A stretch of 64,000 bases of DNA, taken from positions 83,142,001 to 83,206,000 of the forward strand of contig OZ241826.1 in NCBI GenBank assembly GCA_965202585.1, given 5' to 3'. The notes beneath the pieces were generated by a model. That model was not told where the DNA came from and made no database searches. It saw only the letters and a list, made by a program, of their open reading frames with translations. The translations under genes and the position numbers were made by a program. This DNA comes from Thalia democratica. Lineage: Eukaryota. Position 1 is the first letter of the stretch; each line of letters begins with the position of its first letter. Below, piece after piece: positions 51,550-63,622 of this stretch.

Positions 51550-54500
51550 TCATTCATTAAACGTATGTAATTCACGACTAATTTTTTTATAACATTTAAA
51601 ATCGGGATTTATATCTTCTATATCTAAAGTATCACCGTTCCTTACTTCTTTCAATAGTCCTTTATTTTCTAATGGTCTTATTTTGTGTTTTTCTTTGTAT
51701 TTTTCTATATTGTAAAGTGCTTCTTGTTTTTTCTTTAACTGATTTCTTTCAACGGTCCCTACAGAAGACAGAAGAAACTCTTTGTAGAAAGGAGACTCTT
51801 GGTTTATATCTAAGTAGGAGCTATTGCAAAGTTGCCAGTTTTGCGCATAATCGAACAAATGATCTGTGTATTTAAATATTAGTTTTATAGCTTTTTTAGT
51901 TTGATTATAACAAATCTGTATAAAAAAATTGTATGTTTCAAAATAGTAAGTTACAATATAAGCAATGCACAAAAGTAAATGTATGAAAACTAATGTTGAA
52001 TGACATAGCTAGTCAAACTATAGTATTAAGTACTTACATTACGCAAAATAAATCAGTTAACTAACGCCAATTATAAAACTACTTAGTAACTAATATATTA
52101 TTTTTTATTAATCAACATACTCTAAAATACTTGCAATCGGTTTTAATTTTTTTTTAGTACCAAAAAAAAATTATTTATAGTGTGCTTTAGACCTTATTTA
52201 CAATGTTTAAATTTTTTTATACATTTTTTCGATGATCTTTTATTAATTTTGCTTAGACTACAAATTAAATACCTTCAGTTCACACTTAATTACAAAGTAT
52301 AAGTAGTTTACAGTTGTAAACTCTGAATCTTAAAAAAGCAAACTTTTTATAATCTTCACATTTTGAAGATGTTTTTCATAGTCATCAACAAAATGAAAGT
52401 TTGGCAGAGGCTCGAAATCACCATAAGTGCAGTAAAATGGGCTATGATGATAAATATTTTCGTGGAAATATTTCCTTCCGTAGTCTAAAAATCCCTCTTC
52501 CAATGCTTTACTGCAGTCAAATCGCTTTTTCTAAAAAAAACATTATGTTATTCATTCTTTTTTGATTACAGCCTTCAAACCTAATAAGCTTTAAAACTTA
52601 CAGGGTCCCACACAAGCAGTCCAGAAATCAGTGATTGAGCAAGAACGTTATCCGTGATTCCATTAAAGAACTCTTGGGGACTTCTGTCTTCAATCCAGCC
52701 GTAATTTTTAAAATAATCTAGTTTTTGAGAATCAGACAAACGTCTAAGACTTTTTTGAATCGACTTTGAATTTTTTGAAGCAGTTAACAAGCTGTGCTGC
52801 TTTTCAACCTGAAAATGTTAACTTTTTGAAATAAAGTATATAACATTCACTCTTTAAAATATTAATTTAATGCAAAGCCTTTAGAATAAATAATTATAAA
52901 TTAAACTTTTGAACAAACAGTATATAAATAAATGGTTAAGTGTTTGTTTGAAAATATATGTGATAAGCAATGTTTTAAATTATAGTACAGTGAGTTTATA
53001 ATTTTACATTTAAAGAATTTTTTTAACTTATAATAAGAAGATATATTATGTGAACATAATAAAATTACCAACAAAATAACTTGCTTTGAGAACGATTTGA
53101 ACAAAAAATAATTTAAGGAAAACCATATTGATAGTATAACATACTTTTTTTGTTGTAATAACTAACCAGCTTTGCATTATTAAATGAATTGCAAAGAAAA
53201 ATATGCTCGTGCGTGAGTAATTCAGCAAATATGCATCCCGCGCTCCAAACGTCCACTTCAGTTGAGTAGCTCTCCACACCGTAAACAAGCTCTGGTGCCC
53301 TGTTTAATTTATTATTTTTAGAATTTAGAGAGTAGATTTAAAGTTACTTACAACAAAACCTGAGCCACCTAAACAGGACCTACAAGAAAAAACAAAAGTA
53401 AAATAAAATACATTTATATTAAACAATAATAAATACTAAAAAATTAAAAAAAGATAAAATTATAAAGAACTCATTAACAAGTTTAAACTCATTTTCTGTT
53501 TTCTAAAAATCCCCTACAAATCTTAGTATTTACATTTTTTCAAAATCCTAATATATTAAATGCTTAGTAAATAAATAAATTTTCTAAATATATAAAATCT
53601 ATAGTTAATAAATTATTTAAACTAAACTTACCTATATTTCATTTTAATTTAACTTAACTTTAAAATTTAACTTTTGTAAACCACATATTATTTAAAACTC
53701 ATATTTCAAATGTAAATATTATTTTCATTTATATATTATGTGTGTATTTTTATTTTCCAATTCATCGCCCTGTATACTTTTGTTTTCAGCTTTTTTTAGC
53801 GTCTGATGAACTGCTCTGCAGGGAAACGGCGTAACGCAATAAAAGTTTAACAATAAGTTTATATAAACTCATTTTATGATAAAAAAGGCGATAAGGTAGT
53901 ATATTACATACGAACACATTTGTACAAAATTTTATTAAGGTAAAATAATAGCCTGTTAGGGGGGAGGCGTAGCAATCTTAAAATAAATGATATTACAAAT
54001 AGAAAAATAAAGAAATCAGTAGGTAGTTTAGACGTTAGAATTGTAACGCTATTCCAAGTTTCACTTGAATATATTTACATTGATGTATTTTTATGAAATA
54101 CCAATATGTCGTTTATTGAAACACAAATTTTAATACAACTATCTATTTAGCTACCATTTGCTTTTTGTGTCATAAAAATCAACATAAATATAACTTCAAA
54201 ATAGTGAAAAATATAAGAAATATAATAAACCTATACACTGGAGTGACAACATCATAACATTTTTGATGCCAGCAATATCATTTGTGTAGCTTTTTGCTGT
54301 GCCGAAATCGCATATTCTCAACAAGCCGTTGTTATTCACAAGAATATTTGCGCTCTTTAGATCACGGTGCACTATTTTTGCTCCGTGAATGTACTTCAAC
54401 CCTAATTATTGAAACATAACGCTGTTTTTTATATAACATTAGTTGTAAGTAGTGCATGTTTAATTGCAGTATTGTATTAATAATATTTTAGTTTATAAAT

Positions 54501-55897
54501 AATGCGAAAAATTTTCAATTTTTTATAGATGTATTTCAAATTACGTTTTTTAATACAAGTTTATTTACACACTTTTTAGAAATGATATAAAAAAATTATC
54601 TTACCTCTGAATAATTGGTACATTAAAACAGAAATCCATTCCATACCTAACTCATACTTTCTAAAACAGTCTAAGTCGTTATCCATGAAAGGGGAAAGCA
54701 GGTAACTGAAAAAATAGTTTTATTTAACTGCAAAAACTGTCATATAAACAACAACTAAGCTATCATGCATAGATGTTTTAAGAGAAGAAAACCAAACGCC
54801 AAAAAGGTTATAAAAAATCAGTAAATTGTTTATGTTGCATAAATTCATGTTAATAATAATAAGATTATGGTAAACATAATACTAAATGTTTTCAAATAAA
54901 CAAACTCCTTACGGTGTTACAGTACTTAAAAGCATAACGTTGAAAACATAAACACCGACTTGCTTTTAGCATAATAAATATTTATTTTTCATTTTAATTT
55001 AAAAAAAATAAATAAAATAATCATAAAGTAATATTTTTTTTAAGCATATAAACACTTACATTTCTTCAACGTCAACTTCAAAGGAATTTATGACACCTAC
55101 AAGGCTGATTATCTGTAAAAGAAAGTTATTCTTATTTACATATTACTCATAAACATAAGAACATTTTGTTCAAATAACATACCCTGCATAATTTGTTTTA
55201 AAACAGTGTTTTACTATTGTAAGTTAAAGAAAATATAAACTGTTAAAATCTCAAACTATAAATTACTTATAGAATTTTTTATTAAGCTCTCTTTTTTTTA
55301 GTGTAATGATTTTACTACGTTTTTCTTAATACATAAAGAAGGTTTAGAGTTAAGTTATTTATTAGTTTTTAAAAGTTTTCATAATTTTATTAAGTTTACA
55401 AATTTTATTTTTGTCTAAATTATGAAGACTTTATACACAAAAAGTTAAAAATTATTAAAACTTTAGAAAGTTTAAGGTAAGAAATAAAGTAAGGAAAACA
55501 TATGTTTTTAAAAGTTGAGACAAAACTTACATTTTCATGATTCAAAGTTTCAAGCATTCTAATTTCTCTCATCACAACAATAGCAGTAGACAGGTTTTTA
55601 GTTGCGTAAGAAATCTTTTTCAAAGCTAGGTAGTTATCATTTCTTGGATCTTTAACTTTCCTGTAAATATCATGTAAACTAGTCGGTTTATTATCAAAAA
55701 AATATTATTTTTATGTGAAAACGATTATTAGTAACTTTATAACTGCAAAAAAAAGAGTTTTGAAAGTTGTGTAACATTTTTTAATTCTTTTACCTGAATA
55801 AATTAAAAATAAAATTAGTTTATAAGAAAAAAACAAACCATACTACGCCAAAACAGTCTGAACCAATTTTTCGTGGCACTTTAATAGAATTTTGCAT
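51550..55897 (-). CDS. NLK: Divergent Nemo-like kinase (CMGC/MAPK family) paralog, 9 exons: 55897-55839, 55660-55531, 55112-55060, 54705-54605, 54401-54231, 53299-53167, 52808-52602, 52530-52344, 51863-51550; 1-nt deletion in exon 5
   Basis: Motifs [66 protein letters not shown] and [18 protein letters not shown] match NLK blocks. Intron positions (VVW|, HEN|, EEI|Y, LFR|G, WDP|, IK|) match vertebrate NLK as I recall it. All exon phases are consistent except exon 5 (171 nt; 172 needed). Confidence 0.88.
53799..53837 (+). ncRNA. Minimal type I hammerhead ribozyme (Penelope-like/retrozyme type), in kinase intron 5, antisense to the gene
   Basis: GCGT-CTGATGA-A-CTGC-TCT-GCAG-G-GAA-ACG-G-CGT-A|ACGC: intact core (CUGAUGA, GAAA, GUA triplet), stem I GCGU/ACGC, stem II CUGC/GCAG, minimal stem III ACG/CGU; followed by AATAAA. 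Confidence 0.75.
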
Positions 55898-58397
55898 TTT
55901 AATTTTTATAACAATTTTAGTTTTTGCCGTTAAACTGTTAAAATTATTATTTTATAATTATAACATTGTTTAAAATTAATAAATATATACAAATATTATA
56001 TAATAATAATTTAATTAATTAAAACTATTTATATAGCACAAAAATAAAGTCTGTCAGTTCTAAAATCTCTTCTGACAACCTGACTTTTGTTCTACTATTT
56101 TTCAATTATATTTTTTATTATAGACTATTTACTGGTGTATTTCAAAACTGATATTATTCTATTTTACAAATATACATATACATATCAGTTGCGGCTCTAG
56201 TTAATGTTAAGTGCTGCACAGTTTTTACCTTTTTAAGGGAAGAATTCAGTGTTATAGAAAATTATTTAATAAAATACAACAAATATTGACTGCTTTGTAA
56301 CAGCACATTTTTATCAAGATGTCAAGAAATAAAGTTGATATTTTTTTTTTGACAAATAATTTAGTTTAATTCTAAAAATTCTATTAACAAATTTAATTTA
56401 ATTTAAACTTATTAAATTTAAATTTTTCTTCAAGTACTTTAATATTAAAAACTTTTTTAATAATATATTTTTGCATTTCCTTTTAACTTAAACTATCTTT
56501 TTATTTACATATTTTATTAATTAATTTTTTTTATTGTTAGTTAAGCTGTTAAACTTTTTTATAAAACCTGAAGGACACTAATACAAAATTAATGCTCTAA
56601 GCCCTGATAATACTATAATATTTTTATTTAATTGAAAGCATTAATTTTTATTCGGACAAAGCCTAGAAAAATGAATTGTCGACTTTTAGTTATCTATCAA
56701 CTTAGAGCTCAAATTGCTCTTTATTATTAATATTATAGTAAATTTTTTATTAAATAAATTTTTATTAGTTTTTAAAATGAATTTACTTCTAGTTAATAAG
56801 TTTTATCTAATATTACTGATGTTGTAAATATATTTTTGTACATTCTTTATTTATTTATATATACTTACAGTTTATGTAATTAAACTTGTTTATTCTCTTT
56901 TTTATCTGATGAAGACCAATTCTAGAAAAAGTTTGATAACTTAACAACAAAACCTTTAAAACTAATAAGAAACGACAATCAGTTTTAAATAAAAAGTAAA
57001 TATATATTTTATACCAGTCTATATCTGTATCTAAAACATATACATTTTAGTAAAAAAAGACAATATTTTTATTATAATTTACAAAAGAAATCTATCAAAG
57101 ATGGGTATAAAAAAATAATTTTTATTATTCTAAGAACCACAATTACACTATTTCAATGCAAAGCAGATTTTCAAATTGTAAATCCTGTAATAAATAACAA
57201 TAGTAAAAATCACGAAAAATATAAAAACTATGTGAATTTAGTTATATTCTTAGAAAATAAAAATTAAGAAATTAATTAATAATTAGAAAATTATTAATAC
57301 CTAAAACCTTTAAAAACTGTATAAGCTATATACAGGTAAAGACAAACAATTAATTATACTATACAGTAAGCGATTGAAGTTAAATGGATTAAAAATTTAA
57401 ACATTATAAAACTAAAAATTAAAGAGTTGGAAAATGTCTTGACATAAAGGATGTTGTTCCTTTAGTAAAATTATAATGTTTTATTGTTTAAAAGAATTAA
57501 AAACACAATACCTTTTGAGTTATAGACATTTTATTAAGAAAGTTATGATAAGTTAAGACAGTTATCGTATCATGCAAAACAAAAAGGCTTTTTTTTAATG
57601 CATATTAAGGAAAAATACTAGAAGGGCTGTATTTAAAATGTTAAAATAAAAGTTGTAAAAAAAAAATTAAACTTTAGTTAAGTTACAAACATAACAAGTA
57701 TAAACTACTATTATTTTGATTTTTTTTTAATTATAAAAATAAAAAAAAAAAAATTATTAAAATGAATGCACACATCATTTAATACATTGAGAAAATATTC
57801 AATTATATATATTATAATCTTAAAACAATCATTCAATTAATGCGGGCAATGGGTATAAGTTTGTTTCTTCTGTCTAATTATTATGAACAAAAAGCCTTTT
57901 TCCCTAAACCTTTTAAATATAAATTGAAAAGTTCTACTCTACTTGCAGTCCATATGTGATGTTTAAACAATAACAATTTGAAATACTCATTTGAATAGAA
58001 AACAGTAGATTAACACACACCATACTAACACAAGTACCTTATGCAACCTTTTTAGACTCCATATATCCCTACCAGACAAAAAAAAACCTTAAACTAAAGA
58101 AACGAAATGAGGACTCAATGCCTGTAGTACTTGAATGAATATTTACAGATTATAATTTATTTTGATGAAAGTTTTGCAAATTCTCTAGTAATATGTTCCT
58201 GCATTATAGTATAACATTTTAAGTTTTATTTTTTTTTAATTAAATTAATAGTAGTTTATTTCTTTTATTGTTTTGTCTTTTTGTTGTAAAATTTCGTTCT
58301 TTTTCTTTTCTAAATTTATTAAACATTCTAAATATAACCCAGTAAATTTTCTTTAGTATACATTTTTCGAAAAAAGCCATTTTGTTCTGCATGATAA

Positions 58398-58639
58398 CAA
58401 GTCTTGTTGTAATGTGACGGTGTTTCCCCTAATATTTACTGAGTCAGCAAAAAAAAAAGTTATAATTTTATTTTTGTTATAAGTTTTTAAAAATTTATAT
58501 TTTGAGAAAGTTTTAATAAGTTTAGGTAAGGTTGGTTAGGGATAAAGGTATAAAGAAAATATAAATTTAATAATGCTTTTAAAAATTTTGCTGACTCAGC
58601 GAATATTAAGAGAAATACCATCAAATTACAATCGGACCC
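58398..58639. mobile_element. Foldback MITE with an 8-bp target-site-like direct repeat
   Basis: About 55-bp imperfect inverted arms (TTGTAAT.TGA.GGT.TTTC.C.TAATATT..CTGAGTCAGCAAAA), internal TAGGTAAGGTTGGTTAGG, flanks CATGATAA at 58390-58397 and 58640-58647. Confidence 0.8.
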
Positions 58640-61600
58640 CATGATAAAATAACTATATTAACTTATCCATATCAAATATTTCTACTACTCAAAGTAATTT
58701 TTTTATGTCTAACCCTATTATTTGTTTTAAAGTCATTAAAAAATAATGCATTACAATTTAATTAAACATAGGAATAACATTATAATGTCAAAATATTTTC
58801 CAACTCTATAAATTATAGTTTTATAATGTTATGATTTTAAAATTCATTTTACTTCAATGCCTTACTAAATAATAAAGTTCATCTGTTTGTCTTTTTCTTT
58901 TTAAAGCTTGTAATTTCTTTAAAGGTTTTATATCATCAACTATTTTTTTATTATTATTCTTAATGTTTATTAATTTAGATTTAATCTTAATTTGTCAATG
59001 TATAAATTGATTGGCATTATTTTGATACTTTTTGTCATTTTACTATTGTTATTTTATTACAGATTTGCAATATGAAAATCCGCTTTGCGGTTAAACAGTG
59101 TAATTGTGTTTTTAGACTAATAAAACTTTAATGGTTTATTATTGTCATATGAACACATAAACTTAAAAATAATCATTTAGTCATAGTATAAAAACATAAT
59201 TTGAGCAATAAAGTCAACTTAATTTTTTTTCATGTTTCATAAGTTTTAAAACTTACTTACATAAGTAAAGATGTACACAATTCGATAAAAAATGATATTA
59301 AAAAAAAATATATGAATTAAAAACAAATTTTTGTCATCTTGCCAGTGCTATCTTTGCAATGAGCTGAAACACATATTGTATTTAAACTAAGGTGTTATAT
59401 AGAACTCTTATTTTAAACGAAAGAATTTTAGTAGTTTCATAAATTTTTATGTTAAAAATGCTGGCGCATAATTAAATATCGTCATATTTTATCTGTTTCA
59501 AACTTCTTATATTTAGATATTCACACTTATTCAGTTTCATTAAGGTAAACTACGATTTCTATAACACACAGAAAATAACTATTAAAACAACGGGAACTTC
59601 TATTTCAATTTAATTTAAATTTAAAATGTAAATGAATATAGCTGGACCTCACAAAATATAAGTTAAGGTTCCTCTTGACCTTATAATTAAAAATTTCGTA
59701 ATTTCAATATAAAAGAAATATTTGCTAACTGATGAAACTAACTGTTTTTATTAACCCAAAATTCCCGAATTAACTGTGAAAAGTCTGCTAGATTTTATAA
59801 CAAGAGGTGAGCTTTATAAACTTTAAGTTTTAAAATTGCTGTTAATTTTTAGAATATTTTCCACGTAGCTTATAATATCAAAAATGTCAATAACAAATTT
59901 CTTAAACTTTTCGAAAAATACTTTTGTATAAACTTTTTAAATTTGAAGTTTTAATTTGTATCTAAACTGTTTTTCTTGCACAGGTAAGATGTTTTTGTTT
60001 CCTAATGTTTATTTTAAATTTAATTTGTATTATTTTAATAAAAGATAATTTAAAAAACACTTTTCTTTTCAAATTGTACTATAGTTTTTGATATAAAAAG
60101 ACTATGCATTAACTATTTTTTCAAAGCATAACACTTGATACTTTTACATTTTAGTAAATGAATACAAAATCTAGCTACAAAAGGCAGAAATGATTGTTTA
60201 GTTCTTAAATATGTAAACAACATAAAAAGTTTTTACTAATCAAACTATTAATATTATATATTTGCATTGTACAAAAACGTTAATAAAAGCTCACATATTG
60301 TATATAAGTGAATTGTTAGTTAATTGCAAAGCAAAAAAAGTCTTTAGACACGTTTTGTAACATATTAAAAAAATTTCTAAAAAATGTTATTTAAAACAAA
60401 CGTCTAAAAAAAAATATTCACAAAATAATAATAAGGTTGAAAATAACCTGATTAGAAGTTTCTATAGAGTTATAAAACAATTACATAGCTAACGAGTCGT
60501 TAATATTTATTTTTTTTAAAATTTATTATTAATTTAAGTAAAAATAAAATTAGTATAACAAAATTTAATTATTTAAAAGTAGTTAGTTTTAGTTTTGTAA
60601 TTAATTTATGGAAATTAAATTTTTTGATGAATTTAGAGTGGTCTTTGTGTTGACTTGAATTGAATCTGTTTAATAGTTTTATTTTCATGTGAATTTAAAA
60701 CTTTTGAAAAATTATTCAGTATATGAAATTTATATAAACAATACAAAACAATTATATTCACTTTGTTAAATATTTTTATACATATTACGTTAACTTTGTA
60801 TATTATTAATATATACTACGCTAAAAAATTCCACACGGCATACTGTTTTTAAAGAGTTTATTAAGTTTTAATAAAAATAAATAAAAACTGTAACACTAAA
60901 GTTTATAAGACTTTTGTAAGCTTTAAGTGCATAAAAAAATTTCACAATAGTTTTTATTTTTAAACACGCTTAAAAAGACTTAAGTTGTTAAAATTTATAA
61001 AAGTAATTATTCAAGTTCGTGTTACTTCTTTTTTTTTAATAAGTTATTAATTTTGCATGGAATTAAAAAGATAATTTCATGAATTTTATTCTCTTAGTAA
61101 TCTTGACAACAGTAATTAGTCTCAATATGTATTAAATTAGGTAATAGAATTTAGAAAGATACTTAGCATTCCTAAATTATAGGGTTTTTTTATGGCGCAA
61201 TTTAACACATGCACACACGTTTATGAAGTATCGAGTTGATATTTTTCTAAATATATTTGTTTAGCTGATCAGTAAATGTTTAAAATGGTCATACTCTCAA
61301 TTAAAGTATTATACGAAGGCTACTTCAAAAAAATTTAAAATAGGTTCAAAATATAATATTTTATTTTAGGATGAGCAGCTGCTCATTTAAGTTTATTTGA
61401 AAAACGTCTTAGTTCAGTTGATAAAATTTTTATAAAAATAAGTTCTATTTTAATAAACTTTTAAGCAAATTAGAAGTGGATCGAAACAATATTATCAGTT
61501 TGCTAGAAACTAAAGGGATTTAAAATAATCTAACTTTCAGAAAATACATATGTGAAGAAGTTATTAACATAGTAACTTCTAAAACTACTCTTTTTTTTTT

Positions 61601-62153
61601 TAATTATCAAAAATGTTTTATTTAAAAAAATTCCAGGAGTTTTTTATAATTTATTTCCCAATGTTATTAAATTAAATCTAATTTAAAATGTTTTACTATT
61701 TAGGGTACAAAGAGGTGTTAATCATTGTTTCTTCAACTAACTTGAGAATCTATTCAGAATTACAAGTTTAATTTTTTTAGCAAATTGGATAAATTAAAAT
61801 CATTCTGAAAGTAAAACTTATTTTAAGGATTTAATAGAAAGGTTTCGATTACCTTTATTGAGCTAAAAATTAATGTTTGGTGTTTTAAAATTGCATCGAC
61901 TTTGCTCAGACAACAAAAATTCAAAATTTTTTTTTCTACAATCACTATTACTTTTAAAAGATTTACAGTAGATTAGTCAAACAAAATTTGATGCTCTCTA
62001 AACCTTTTTTATACAATTACAGCTTGTTGTTATGTTATTGCCGCCATTGTTATAAAGTTATTTACTAGTTTTTGCGTAAGTAATTGCACAAAATTGGAAT
62101 TATACCACAGTATCTCTTTTTTAATGTTGCAAGGTTATTGACTTACGCTAAAC

Positions 62154-63473
62154 TAGGGGTGGGCAACGTACGGCCCGTGGGCCGGATCCGACCCTCAAAA
62201 CTTTTTTTAGTTTAAATGGAATCCGGCCCGCGTACGAAATTTATCCGGCCTGCGAGTGGATGATCAGGCCCGCTAGGCATTTTTAAAGTTTATATGAAAT
62301 TCTACAAGCTAATGTAAATATTACAAAATTTGTACAAAACCTTTTTTAAATTATTTTCACTAAACAAACTGTAAGACTTTAACCTAAAAACGTTTTTATA
62401 AATTGCTTTTAATTTTTGTAGTAATAAAAACATTCTTTTGTTATAGTACCTTGTTCTGTTTCGAGTCAGTTAAATTAATTCTTTCTCAAATTATTCAAAC
62501 AAATTGTTTGCTGAACTAAGTTTGATGATCTTACCTATCATAATGATTTTAATAAAAATTGACATGTAAAAAGTTGATGTATTTCCCAGATGTGTAGTGA
62601 GTCGTTTTTATAAATGCTAAGAAAAGTAGCTTTTAATAACATTGACACCTACTTAAAGTAAAACTGCTTAACTTTACATTTTAGTAGAATATTCCAAGTT
62701 GAGACTACAGTTTGCACTCTTTTCTGCTATTGATATTTTAATTAAGAATTTTTTGATTAATTAAATGGTTAAGTTTAATGATGACTAACTGATTACAATG
62801 TTTCAAAATAATATCTCATTAACTTTAAGTATGATTTGTTTAGGAAATTTATTTGTGTATGTTTGTAATAACAGTTTACATACTAACTAAATTTTGAATG
62901 AATCTTTTTAAGTTTTTTTAAATTAAAAGATAGTAGTTTAATATTGTAATGTAAGATAACTTCTAAACAATATTATTAATAGAGCCTCGAGCCAAGGATT
63001 ACCAAAACTAGATAATTTCGAATAGCTAAAATTTTTTAATGTTTTATTTTGAAATCTAAGCTCGAGTAACTTTGAGTAAGTAAATTACTGTTTTTATAAA
63101 ACTAATAGTATTAATTCGGTCCAGAGTTGTAACAAATATAGAATGAGTACTTAACAAAAGTAAACTTAAAATTTTATACTTGAGAACCTTGGTATTTAAT
63201 AAATTGCTTCAAAATTTTATAACACCAGATTAATTAGCCTCCAGCCGGATCCAAGTCTTTTGAAATTAGTTCTATTGAATAGAATCTATTCGGATACGAA
63301 ATCTTGTCTAAATTTAGTATTTAGCCGGATCTGGATAACATTTTCGAATGAAGATCCGGATCTAAAAAAGGAACCAACTGAATCCGGTAGATCACTTACT
63401 CGAAATGCTCCGGCCCGCTAAGAACTAATTTTTTTGGATCCGGCCCGTCAACTATTTACGTTGCCCACCCCTA
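62154..63473. mobile_element. hAT (Charlie-like) non-autonomous element, 1.32 kb
   Basis: Perfect 16-bp TIR TAGGGGTGGGCAACGT; TSD CGCTAAAC / CGCTAGAC (7/8); GGATCCGG subterminal repeats. Confidence 0.92.
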
Positions 63474-63509
63474 CGCTAGACCAATCAAAACTTGGGCTAC
63501 AAAACAAGG

Positions 63510-63622
63510 GCAATACATCTGGTACGCTTGTTTTGAATACGATTAATAAGCTTAATTGTATATTTTGTATAAGTGAATTCAATCAATGATCGTATTCAAA
63601 ACGAGCATACCAGATGTCTTGC
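63510..63622. repeat. Short hairpin or mini-MITE (about 34-bp inverted arms, about 45-nt spacer)
   Basis: GCAATACATCTGGTACGCTTGTTTTGAATACGAT versus ATCGTATTCAAAACGAGCATACCAGATGTCTTGC. Confidence 0.8.

Noticed and set aside
2891-51552. Genome-wide UGA reassignment
   Set aside because: No internal TGA in the long intact Kelch, SANT, RT or kinase exons, and TGA serves as the kinase and LINE stop. Only a site-specific case remains possible.
53046-53288. ORF 53046-53288(-)
   Set aside because: Wrong frame of kinase exon 6; the true frame encodes RAPE...[13 protein letters not shown].
57830-58140. Moderately GC-rich stretch with partial open frames on both strands
   Set aside because: Multiple stops and only a vague resemblance to a hAT dimerisation domain.
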